Of a DNA stretch of 64,000 nt, positions 18,001 to 27,062 are shown piece by piece. Within the stretch, counting starts at the first letter, position 1, and each line of letters opens with the position of its first letter. Below the pieces are notes generated by a model that searched no databases, was not told the origin of the DNA, and was given only the letters and a program-made list of their open reading frames with translations. Source of the DNA: an uncultured Candidatus Saccharibacteria bacterium (lineage in GTDB: Bacteria > Patescibacteriota > Dojkabacteria > B142 > OLB20); the NCBI GenBank assembly GCA_964461915.1, contig CAYWVD010000001.1:235168-299167 (forward strand). The letters are read 5' to 3'. The translations under genes and the position numbers were made by a program.

Positions 18001-19440
18001 ATGGACAAATGGATTCATTTTATTGGCATAGCTGGAGTAACAACTGCCGGTTTGGCCAAAGCTTTTAAAGATCTCGGATTTTTAGTCACAGGTTCAGATA
18101 AAGGCTTTTATCCTCCTGTTAAAGATTTCCTAGAAAAAAATAGTATTGAAATTTCCCTTGGATATAAACCCGAAAGACTCGAGTTGAATGGAATGCATCC
18201 AGGAATAGTTGTTGTTCAAGGCACAAAAGGAGATAAAAACCCTGAATATATTCGAGCGAGAGAACTCAATCTTAATATAAAAACATACCCCGAAATTCTT
18301 AAAGATTATTGTGTTTTATATGATTCATCTATAGTAGTAGCTGGTAGTTACGGGAAATCTACAATCACAGCTATCTTGGTTAACATTTTCAAGGCAAACA
18401 ACACGCCTATCAGTTATATGTTCGGTGGCTTTGATATGTACCTTAATGACAATGTTAAATTTAAGGATCATTTCACAAAATATTCTGTAATCGAAGGAGA
18501 CGAATACTTGACCTCTTTTGAAAATACACAATCAAAGTTCTTCTATTACAGCCCGAAATACTTGATAATTAATGGTATTGAATGGGATCATCAGGATCTT
18601 TTCCCAACTTTTGAATCATACTTAAATAACTTTAAGAAATTTGTCGATAGTGTGCCTGAAAATGGGTTGATTATTGCGAATTATGATAATGAAAATGTTC
18701 GCGAAATTCTATCGAATGCAAAAGCAAAAGTAGTATTTTGTTCTTCTAAATTTTCTTTTGAAAAAGATATTAATTGGAAGGTTATTACCGATTCTAATCC
18801 TAAAAAAGTCCTTTTTAGACAAGGCGATCAATTAAAAGACAATCTGATGATACCTTTTAAAGAAAATATTGTTGGAGAATTTAATAATATAAATATTCTC
18901 CTAGCATCAGCAATGGCTTTTGAACTTGGAGTAACCCAGGATAGTATTCAAACCGGAATTGAATCATATATGGGCTTAAAACGAAGGCTAGAAGTTAAAT
19001 ATGTTCAAAACGATAACTATATTATTGATGATTTTGGAAGTACTGTTGGTAAAGCTAAGTTTGCATTAGAAGCTGTACAAAGAGATTTCCCTGAGCATCA
19101 TATTCATTTAATTTTCGATCCCTCAAGTGGTGCACGATCAAGAGTATCTCTAAATGAATATAATAAGGTATTTGAATCGGTTCACCCCACCATTGAACTT
19201 CTAAAATTTTCTTTATTACCAAATAAAGATAACCAAAAATTCTCTGAAGATGAATTTGCTTCAAAGATTGAATCTTTTGGGATCAAAGTTAATCGTTATG
19301 AAACGGATTCTCAGGCACTTGAATCTTTGAAAAAGATTTTTAAAGAAGAAAAAAAGGTAATACTATTTTTAGGGAGCCATAGTTTTAGAGGAATGATCTC
19401 AAATTTGATAAAATTGTTGGAAGATGAAAAGCGAAATTAA
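18001..19440 (+). CDS. murC: Mur ligase family enzyme (UDP-N-acetylmuramate--L-alanine ligase MurC, or Mpl-type)
   Basis: N-terminal IHFIGIAGVTTAGLAKAFKDLGFLVTGSD and the ATP-binding VVAGSYGKSTITAIL. Confidence 0.65.
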   Translation: MDKWIHFIGIAGVTTAGLAKAFKDLGFLVTGSDKGFYPPVKDFLEKNSIEISLGYKPERLELNGMHPGIVVVQGTKGDKNPEYIRARELNLNIKTYPEILKDYCVLYDSSIVVAGSYGKSTITAILVNIFKANNTPISYMFGGFDMYLNDNVKFKDHFTKYSVIEGDEYLTSFENTQSKFFYYSPKYLIINGIEWDHQDLFPTFESYLNNFKKFVDSVPENGLIIANYDNENVREILSNAKAKVVFCSSKFSFEKDINWKVITDSNPKKVLFRQGDQLKDNLMIPFKENIVGEFNNINILLASAMAFELGVTQDSIQTGIESYMGLKRRLEVKYVQNDNYIIDDFGSTVGKAKFALEAVQRDFPEHHIHLIFDPSSGARSRVSLNEYNKVFESVHPTIELLKFSLLPNKDNQKFSEDEFASKIESFGIKVNRYETDSQALESLKKIFKEEKKVILFLGSHSFRGMISNLIKLLEDEKRN

Positions 19441-19798
19441 ATCAGTAAAATCAATCCTTCAAAAGAACGATTTTCTTGAAAGAATTACAAAAAGGAGCCA
19501 ATATATTCGAACAGAACATCAAGATTTTGGAATAAGGCTTTCAGGAAGACTTGGAGATTCTATGCATAAAGCTCTATATATGAAGCTTGCTAAAGATTTA
19601 CCTAGATCAGTAATGGAATCCGCGGCTCAATTTGCAATCGATTATCCTGATAAATCAGGTACCGGTAATAAAGGGAAAATATTCATGTGGAAATTAAAAG
19701 AGCTATGTAACGAAAAGCAAATTAAGATTCCTGCAACAAAACGGAAACTAACTATAAAAAAGCAAATTTCAAAAATTCAAACTAGATTATTTAAATAG
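19424..19798 (+). CDS. Hypothetical basic protein
   Basis: ORF only; overlaps the Mur ligase stop by 17 nt. No motif recognised. Confidence 0.3.
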   Translation: MKSEIKSVKSILQKNDFLERITKRSQYIRTEHQDFGIRLSGRLGDSMHKALYMKLAKDLPRSVMESAAQFAIDYPDKSGTGNKGKIFMWKLKELCNEKQIKIPATKRKLTIKKQISKIQTRLFK

Positions 19799-19802
19799 AA
19801 AC

Positions 19803-20729
19803 ATGGATAATCCGACACTATCAATAATTTTGACTGCTGCAAAAGAAGATCGCACAATTATTAAAGCTATCGAGAATCTATTAACTAGCGCAATAAACTT
19901 TTTAAAAAATGACTTTGAGCTAATAACCATTATTCCAGACGACGAAACTATAAATAAGGCTTCAGAATGTATCAATAATAATTTCAAGAAAATTAAGTGG
20001 CAAAATATTCGAGATCCCTATAAAGGTAAGCCATACGCTCTTAACCTAGGTTTTAAAGCTGCAAGGGGTGATTATCTTTTATTAACAGACGGTGATGTTT
20101 ATATAACTAAAAACTCGGTAGCTAATTTATTCGAAAAAATTAAAGATAAAACTGTAGGTGGTGTTACTGGGAGACCAGTTTCTATGGATCAAAAATCAAA
20201 ATATTGGGGATTCATCTCGCATTTATTAGCTGATGGCGCCCACGAAAAACGCCTTCAAACCATGTCTAGTTATGTTAAAAGGAAATTTTTTGTAATGAGC
20301 GGTTACTTATTCTTGATGCGAAATATTAAACTCGAAATACCTTCGGATTGCTTGGTGGAAGATGCATTTATTTCATATTCTCTTTTTAATAAAGGTTACA
20401 ATTTACTTTACCAGCCTAAAGCAAAAGTATATGTGAAATATCCAAACAATATTAAAGATTGGTTTAATCAAAAAGCTCGATCTGTTGGAGGCTATTCCCA
20501 ACTTTGGTCATATAATATTGTGAAAAACGATACTAAAGTCCGAAGTTTTTCTAAAGAATTGGAATTTTTCAAATACCCAATAAGTTATGCAAAGGATTTC
20601 AAAGAATTTTTATGGTCAATTTCTTTGTATATTTTGAGGGGGATTCTTTGGCTTAAAATATTTTGGGATAGAGAAGTCCTAAAAAAGGATTTTTCTAAGA
20701 CCTGGGTTCGTATTGAGAGCACCAAATGA
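19803..20729 (+). CDS. Family 2 glycosyltransferase
   Basis: LSIILTAAKEDRTI (nucleotide-binding start) and LLTDGDVYI (DxD-type) motifs, the GT-A pattern. Confidence 0.55.
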   Translation: MDNPTLSIILTAAKEDRTIIKAIENLLTSAINFLKNDFELITIIPDDETINKASECINNNFKKIKWQNIRDPYKGKPYALNLGFKAARGDYLLLTDGDVYITKNSVANLFEKIKDKTVGGVTGRPVSMDQKSKYWGFISHLLADGAHEKRLQTMSSYVKRKFFVMSGYLFLMRNIKLEIPSDCLVEDAFISYSLFNKGYNLLYQPKAKVYVKYPNNIKDWFNQKARSVGGYSQLWSYNIVKNDTKVRSFSKELEFFKYPISYAKDFKEFLWSISLYILRGILWLKIFWDREVLKKDFSKTWVRIESTK

Positions 20730-20759
20730 TGTATAATTTACCATTACTTATTTTTACAA

Positions 20760-22721
20760 ATGGAAGAATCAAAGACTAACTTATCTGTTCTTAGAAAACA
20801 AAGAATCGATAAAATAGCTAAATTAAAAATTCTAGGTATTAATCCTTATCCTTCTAAACCTCGCAAGGAACATAATATTGGGGATTTACTCAAAGAGTAT
20901 TCAAAATTTGAAGATAAGTATGTCTATATAACCGGTAGACTTATGTCTTGGCGTGAACATGGCCAGCTAATATTTGGGCATGTAACTGATGAATCGGGAA
21001 GAATTCAACTATATATTAAATCAGATACTATTCATAAAACGAGTGAAGTGAATCAATCATTAGGCTGGGACGATTTGAACCTTGTTGATATAGGTGATTT
21101 TATTCAGGCAGAAGGCAATGTAACTAAAACCAAAACAGGTGAAATTTCAATCCTAGTTAAAAGATTTAGAATCATTAGTAAATCCTTAAGACCTTTACCC
21201 GATAAATGGAAAGGTATTACAGACAAGGAAATTCGCTACAGAAGAAGATATTTAGATCTTACAATAAATCCTGAGGTTAGAGATCTATTCAAGCGAAAAA
21301 GTAAGTTCTGGTTAACAGTAAGAGAATTTTTAAAAGAGAAAGGATTTATTGAAGTAGAAACCCCTGTTCTTGAATTAAAAACCGGTGGAGCAGATGCAAG
21401 ACCTTTTATTACTTATCATAATGATCTTGGACTCAATCTTTATATGCGTATCTCAACCGAGCTCTATCAAAAAAGACTCATTGGTGGAGGTTATGAAAAG
21501 ATTTTTACTTTAGGTCCAAACTTTCGAAACGAAGGAGTTGATGATGAACATGTTCAGGAATATACCGCACTTGAATGGTATTGGGCCTATGCAGATTATA
21601 AAGATAATATGAAGTTAACTGCAGATCTTCTGCAGTTTATTGCCTTAAAGGTATATGGAAAAACTAAATTTACTGCTCGAGGTTTAACATTCGACCTTTC
21701 AGATGAATGGAAGGAAATTGATTATTATGACATCATTCGCGAACGCTTTGGCATCGACATTTTTAAAGATGAAGAATCAAAAATGCTTGAAGTATTGAAG
21801 AAAGAAGGGGTAAAACTACCTGGTGTTATAAATCGCAATAGATTAATTGATAATCTCTGGAAGCAAATTCGAAAAACCATAGCAGGCCCAGCCTTTTTAA
21901 TTAATGAGCCTAAATTCATGTCTCCGCTTGCAAAATCTAAGCCAGATAATATTGAACTCACTGAACGATACCATATAATTATTGCTGGTAGCGAACTTGG
22001 TAATGGATATTCTGAAATTAATGATCCAATCGATCAATTAGATCGATTTTTAGAACAAGAAAAAGCTCGCTTAGAAGGTGACGATGAATCCCAGATGCTT
22101 GATATTGATTTTGTTGAAATGCTTGAATATGGTATGCCACCAACTTCAGGATTTGGAATGAGCGAGAGAGTTTTCTGGTATTTTGAAGATGTTTCCGCAA
22201 GAGAAGGCACTCTATTTCCACTAATGAAATCTGAAGTTGATCATACAACAAAAGACATTTACGGTGATATTTTAGAAACAAAGACAATCAAAAAGAAGAT
22301 TAAAAAAGATTTTTCAAAAAAGATAGCACTTGTTTTAAATAAAGATCTATTAGGCTGGCAACTAAATAACACAATTTCTCAGTTATCGATGTGTATAGGC
22401 AACAAGTTGAGCATAAAAGCTGACGATCTTGAAAAATTTGAGACTTCAGATTCTAAGGAACTTCCTCCAATTCTCAATTTCCCTGTTGTCTCTTTATCTG
22501 CAAAGCCAAGTCAATTTCACGATCTCATAGCGGCTTTAAACGAGGAAAAGCTCATTTTTTCTGTATATACTGAAGATATGATTAAATTCTCTGATGATGA
22601 AGAACTTAAAAAGATTATTAAAACTAAAGAATTTTTGAATCTAAAAATTTTTGGGGTTGGGATTTTTGGAGACAATGATAAAGTTAATCGTTTAACTAAG
22701 AAATTCTCTCTATGGAAATAA
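20760..22721 (+). CDS. lysS: Lysyl-tRNA synthetase (class II) with an unusual ~150-aa C-terminal extension
   Basis: N-terminal OB-fold anticodon-binding region. Class II motifs FRNEGVDDEHVQEYTALEWYWAY and GFGMSERVFWYF. The canonical core ends near LFPLMKSE (about nt 22260); the ORF runs a further ~150 codons. Confidence 0.85.
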   Translation: MEESKTNLSVLRKQRIDKIAKLKILGINPYPSKPRKEHNIGDLLKEYSKFEDKYVYITGRLMSWREHGQLIFGHVTDESGRIQLYIKSDTIHKTSEVNQSLGWDDLNLVDIGDFIQAEGNVTKTKTGEISILVKRFRIISKSLRPLPDKWKGITDKEIRYRRRYLDLTINPEVRDLFKRKSKFWLTVREFLKEKGFIEVETPVLELKTGGADARPFITYHNDLGLNLYMRISTELYQKRLIGGGYEKIFTLGPNFRNEGVDDEHVQEYTALEWYWAYADYKDNMKLTADLLQFIALKVYGKTKFTARGLTFDLSDEWKEIDYYDIIRERFGIDIFKDEESKMLEVLKKEGVKLPGVINRNRLIDNLWKQIRKTIAGPAFLINEPKFMSPLAKSKPDNIELTERYHIIIAGSELGNGYSEINDPIDQLDRFLEQEKARLEGDDESQMLDIDFVEMLEYGMPPTSGFGMSERVFWYFEDVSAREGTLFPLMKSEVDHTTKDIYGDILETKTIKKKIKKDFSKKIALVLNKDLLGWQLNNTISQLSMCIGNKLSIKADDLEKFETSDSKELPPILNFPVVSLSAKPSQFHDLIAALNEEKLIFSVYTEDMIKFSDDEELKKIIKTKEFLNLKIFGVGIFGDNDKVNRLTKKFSLWK

Positions 22722-23254
22722 ATTTAACTAGAAAACAAGCAGAAGACTTGTTGGGTGAACACATTACTGAACCTTATCTTTTACTCCATTCTAAAATGGT
22801 AGCAAAGGTTTTAGAATCTTATGCTTCAAAATATAATGCTGATAAAGATCTATGGTATATAACCGGCTTATTACACGACATAGATTATCAAGAATATCCT
22901 GATCAACATCCAAAAATCAGCTTAGAATGGTTTAGAACTATGAAATTACCTGAAGAACTTATTGTAGCAATCGACCACCATGCACTTGGCGAGCCAAAGG
23001 TTAAGCTAATTAGCGATTTAGAAAAAGTATTAGTTGCTAGCGATGAATTATCGGGACTAATATATGCATATTCACTAATGAGACCAACAGGTTACGAAGG
23101 TATGGAGTCTAAATCTGTGATCAAAAAGTTTAAAGATAAAGCCTTCGCTGCAAAAATTAACAGAGAAGAAATTCAATATGGAGTTGATTCTATGGGTGTA
23201 GATTTAAAAGAACATATAACCTTTTTAATTAATTGTTTTAAAGGGCAGTTTTAA
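22712..23254 (+). CDS. HD-domain phosphohydrolase
   Basis: H...HD motif (ITGLLHDIDY) and a downstream DHH-like metal ligand (AIDHHA). Confidence 0.55.
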   Translation: MEINLTRKQAEDLLGEHITEPYLLLHSKMVAKVLESYASKYNADKDLWYITGLLHDIDYQEYPDQHPKISLEWFRTMKLPEELIVAIDHHALGEPKVKLISDLEKVLVASDELSGLIYAYSLMRPTGYEGMESKSVIKKFKDKAFAAKINREEIQYGVDSMGVDLKEHITFLINCFKGQF

Positions 23255-23269
23255 AATTACTTTAGGTAC

Positions 23270-23581
23270 CTATTTGATTACTTTCCATCTATTAGCGAAT
23301 ACCACTAGATTAGCTTTTGCTTCACCATCTTGATTAAGATAGGCATCAACTGAAGGTCTACCATCCACCATAACTAAATTCCCTTTTTCAATCCTGGTAA
23401 TGTTTTCAAAGGTTTTGTTGAATACTAAAACATTATAAAATGTAGGCTCACTTTCGGCTTTATCTTTTCTAAATTCGTTTACTGCAATAGAAAACTTCCC
23501 AAATTTTTTGCCCTCCTTACTTTCTAAAATTTCGGCCTGCTTTGTGGCTCGACCAATAATAAGTAATTGCTGTATATTCAT
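23270..23581 (-). CDS. ssb: Single-stranded DNA-binding protein-like OB-fold protein (short, no acidic tail)
   Basis: About 100 aa OB fold with an SSB-like pattern (GRATKQAEIL...FSIAVNEF...NVLVFNK). Confidence 0.5.
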   Translation of the reverse strand: MNIQQLLIIGRATKQAEILESKEGKKFGKFSIAVNEFRKDKAESEPTFYNVLVFNKTFENITRIEKGNLVMVDGRPSVDAYLNQDGEAKANLVVFANRWKVIK

Positions 23582-23626
23582 AATTGAATATATAAAAAAT
23601 AATTACTGAATTTTATATGGAGAAAT

Positions 23627-24301
23627 TTAACTTTTACTTAAATCTTGTTTAACTTCGTCAAAATCTTTGCGCCAGATTTTGCCGTCAAACCACTCGGAGT
23701 TATTGAATTGAAGTTTGTAAATATCCGCAGGTCTTGATAGAGTGCCGATATAAAAATATTGTTTATGATTATCGATTGCATATTCTATTGCTTTTAGAAT
23801 CATTCCCATACCCATATTATTCGATACTTTTTCAAATTCATAAAAGGGATATGCATAATGCATTAACGATGGATTTTGATAACAAATTGCATAACCAAAT
23901 CTTTCGTCATTAAAAGAATATTCTAATAAGGAATTGAAATTACTACGATTGGGATCAGTTACTAAAGATTTGATAGTTGATGCGGAAAAAGTTTTTTCAC
24001 CGAATTTTTTGGTGTAGAAATCTTTACCGATGCGGTGAATATTCCAATCATAGGATTCTTTTGCGATTGGCAAAGGTAAATATTTTAGAGTTAAACCATC
24101 AACCTTTCTTAAAACTCTTCGATTTTCACTGGTAAAAGTGAATCCCCTCAAATCAATCCGAATTAATCTGGACTGATACATTGACCCCTTAAACTTTCTA
24201 GAGAACAAATACCCTTTGTCATAAAAGATTGATGCCTCAACGGGATCAGATCCACTTATTGTTTTTTCGTCCCAAATAAAATAATTACTCATTGATTTCA
24301 A
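23627..24301 (-). CDS. Arginyl/leucyl-tRNA--protein transferase-like protein (Bpt/ATE1 C-terminal domain, tentative)
   Basis: C-terminal YFYIGTLSRPADIYKLQF..EWFDGKIW resembles the ATE_C pattern (Y.GYY...KM.YK..F.P.E.L..G.W). Weak. Confidence 0.35.
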   Translation of the reverse strand: MKSMSNYFIWDEKTISGSDPVEASIFYDKGYLFSRKFKGSMYQSRLIRIDLRGFTFTSENRRVLRKVDGLTLKYLPLPIAKESYDWNIHRIGKDFYTKKFGEKTFSASTIKSLVTDPNRSNFNSLLEYSFNDERFGYAICYQNPSLMHYAYPFYEFEKVSNNMGMGMILKAIEYAIDNHKQYFYIGTLSRPADIYKLQFNNSEWFDGKIWRKDFDEVKQDLSKS

Positions 24302-24506
24302 TAGTTTTAAATTTTGATTTTAAACCAGATTTAAAAGTTATCTGATTCTTACTTACTTTAAAATAGTCAGAGATTAATTGCAATAATTCAAGATTTGCTT
24401 TGTTTTCGATGGGACGGCTTTTAAGATCTACTTCATATGAATCGTCAGAAATTTTAACAATCTTTGCAATTTTTTTATTCGGATGAATTTTAATTGTTAA
24501 AATCAA
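24285..24506 (-). CDS. DUF167/YggU family small protein
   Basis: 73 aa with the DUF167-like pattern (ENKANLELLQLISDYFKVSKNQITFKSGLKSKFKTIEI). Confidence 0.5.
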   Translation of the reverse strand: MILTIKIHPNKKIAKIVKISDDSYEVDLKSRPIENKANLELLQLISDYFKVSKNQITFKSGLKSKFKTIEINE

Positions 24507-24524
24507 AGTAAAACAATTTAATAA

Positions 24525-27062
24525 TTAAATAGATAATTCGCTTTTTTGTCTTTCGATTTCTTCGGCTAATAATTGCATATATAAACCATAGCCCATAAAT
24601 TTAATATGACCATGCTGGGCTTTACCCAGAAGATTACCAGCTCCTCTAATTTCTAAATCTTTACTGGCAAGTTTAAATCCACTGCCTAAATCAGATGATT
24701 CTAGTATAGCTTTTAACCTTTTTACATATTTTTTTTCAGCAATCTTCTTTTCATCATCGACCTGATCAGGAGATTCCAATGAACCTTCATAGAACATATA
24801 AGCATATGCTTGTTTATCACTCCTACCAACACGACCACGAAGTTGATAAAGTTGTCCAAGGCCAAAATTTTGAGCATGTTCAATTATGATTGTATTTACA
24901 TTCGGCATATCGATCCCATTTTCAATTATCGTTGTGCAAATCAAACAATCAAATTTGCCTTCATAAAAATCATTAATTCTTTCACTAAGATCATTTGGTG
25001 GCATTTGTCCATGAGCAGTAATAAAACGAACATGGGGCATTAGTTTTTGAAGCTTAAATTTTATTGAATCGATAGTTTTTACTTTATTATGTAAAAAATA
25101 TACTTGACCTCCTCTACTGACCTCAGATTCAATCACAGAAACTATCTTTGACCAATCAATTTTTGAAACATAAGTTTTAATCGCTTGCCTATTTTTTGGC
25201 GGGGTTTCAATTATGGAAATTTCCTGTATCGAAGAAAGTGCCATACTCAATGTCCTTGGTATAGGAGTAGCTGATAAATTCAAAACATGAACATTTTTTG
25301 CAAGCTTTTTTAATTTTTCTTTTTGCTTAACACCGAATTTTTGTTCCTCATCAATGATAAGCAATCCCAAGTTTTTGAACTGAACATCAGAAGATAATAA
25401 TCTATGTGTTCCGATAATAATGTCTATTTCACCATTAAACAATTTCAGTAAAGTCAAATCATTAGAATATTTTGAAAGCCTAGATAGTGACTTCACTTTG
25501 TATTTTGTATTCTTAAACCTATCAGTAAAGACTTTTTCATGTTGCGCAGTAAGTACTGTAGTTGGACATAAAACCGCCACTTGGAATCCAGATTGGCAAA
25601 CCTTGAATGCAGCTCGCATAGCAACTTCAGTTTTACCAAAACCTACATCTCCTACAATTAATCGATTCATGGGTTGATCAATAAGAAGATCGGCAAGGAC
25701 TTCTTTTTCAGCGCGTAATTGATCAGGGGTAGATTCGTATTTAAAATCATCAATGAATTGTTCATATAAATCATCATCATTGTTTTTAATATTTGGAGCT
25801 TTAGAAAGAGCTCTTTTGGCATATAATTCAACAAGATCTTTAGCGACTAGTGCAATATCAGATTTCACCTTTCTTCGTAAATTAGCCCATTCATTTTTAC
25901 CTAGTTTTGTAAGCTCGGGTACTTGACCATCTGGAGCAATATACTTTGTAATCTTATTGATAGCAGTTAGGGGGATATAAAGTTCGTCTGAATCAGCGTA
26001 TTTTATAAAAATATAGTCTTCTTTAGTAGCTTTAGTAGTGTATTCTCCGAAACCTAGCGAGATTTTTTCGACAAATTCTTCTTGTTTAATTCCTTTATAG
26101 ATCCCAATACCGTAGTCTTCATGAACAATGTAATCGTCAATTTCAATTTCACCCTCAAAATCAGCTAACATCTGTCTAGCTTTATTTGTCGTTAGTCTTT
26201 TCGTGACTTTATTTAGAAATATAGTTCCAAAAAGTTCGCGATCGGTTAAAAAGAATAGTTTTTGCGATTTTGATTCAATACCGCTATCCAAGCCTTTAAT
26301 AGGTTTTTCTCTATACTTTTGTAGAGATTTTGGTAGATTTTTAAAATTTTCTGTTAATAATTGAACAATATATCCTTGTGTTTCCTTTTGTTTAATATCC
26401 CGTTCAAGGTTGTCGAATCTTTGAAAGTACAGTTGGGGGTATGAAAAATCAAAGGTGATCTTTTCATCATCATCATCAAAGATCAATTCGTTTGAAAAGA
26501 CTAAACACTTTCTAAGAAACTTCTGCGAAGGATTAAAAACGGTAATATTGTTGTAAATTGTTTTTTCAGGAAGCTCATTTAAATCACCAATCAATAATTC
26601 ATTTAGTTTAGAATAGCTTTTGTTATATACTTCATCTATTAAATCCGCAGATTCAAACTCATCACCGAAATAGCTCATTCTTATTGGATGTTCATATCCA
26701 ATAGGCCAAATAGTTAATATATCTCCACTTACAGAAAATTCAGATGGATTTAAAACCTTTAAAACTCTCTGATAATTATGGTTTAAAACAATCTTTATTA
26801 ATTGGATAAGCGGGGTCTTTAAAAGATCAATCAATTGGATTGTCTTTAAATAATTTAAGGTATCAAGATTTTCTCTTGTTACATAAACAAATCCTTTTTG
26901 AAAATCATCTGATAAAGCCTCAATCAAACTAGATTGAAAAGAGTAGGGGACTTGATAGATTTTTACAACATCAAATAATATTTTGGAACTCGTCTCCTTA
27001 AATATGTCCTTTTTTAAATGGCTATATACAGGATTATTTTTTATTATTTCAGCTAAATTCAT
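24525..27062 (-). CDS. mfd: Transcription-repair coupling factor Mfd, compact version with a shortened N-terminal module
   Basis: CarD/TRCF RNAP-interaction domain (DDYIVHEDYGIGIYKGI...YIFIKYADSDELYIPLTAINKITKY). SF2 helicase motifs GDVGFGKTEVAMRAA and LIIDEEQKFG. C-terminal TRG-type region. Confidence 0.8.
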   Translation of the reverse strand: MNLAEIIKNNPVYSHLKKDIFKETSSKILFDVVKIYQVPYSFQSSLIEALSDDFQKGFVYVTRENLDTLNYLKTIQLIDLLKTPLIQLIKIVLNHNYQRVLKVLNPSEFSVSGDILTIWPIGYEHPIRMSYFGDEFESADLIDEVYNKSYSKLNELLIGDLNELPEKTIYNNITVFNPSQKFLRKCLVFSNELIFDDDDEKITFDFSYPQLYFQRFDNLERDIKQKETQGYIVQLLTENFKNLPKSLQKYREKPIKGLDSGIESKSQKLFFLTDRELFGTIFLNKVTKRLTTNKARQMLADFEGEIEIDDYIVHEDYGIGIYKGIKQEEFVEKISLGFGEYTTKATKEDYIFIKYADSDELYIPLTAINKITKYIAPDGQVPELTKLGKNEWANLRRKVKSDIALVAKDLVELYAKRALSKAPNIKNNDDDLYEQFIDDFKYESTPDQLRAEKEVLADLLIDQPMNRLIVGDVGFGKTEVAMRAAFKVCQSGFQVAVLCPTTVLTAQHEKVFTDRFKNTKYKVKSLSRLSKYSNDLTLLKLFNGEIDIIIGTHRLLSSDVQFKNLGLLIIDEEQKFGVKQKEKLKKLAKNVHVLNLSATPIPRTLSMALSSIQEISIIETPPKNRQAIKTYVSKIDWSKIVSVIESEVSRGGQVYFLHNKVKTIDSIKFKLQKLMPHVRFITAHGQMPPNDLSERINDFYEGKFDCLICTTIIENGIDMPNVNTIIIEHAQNFGLGQLYQLRGRVGRSDKQAYAYMFYEGSLESPDQVDDEKKIAEKKYVKRLKAILESSDLGSGFKLASKDLEIRGAGNLLGKAQHGHIKFMGYGLYMQLLAEEIERQKSELSI

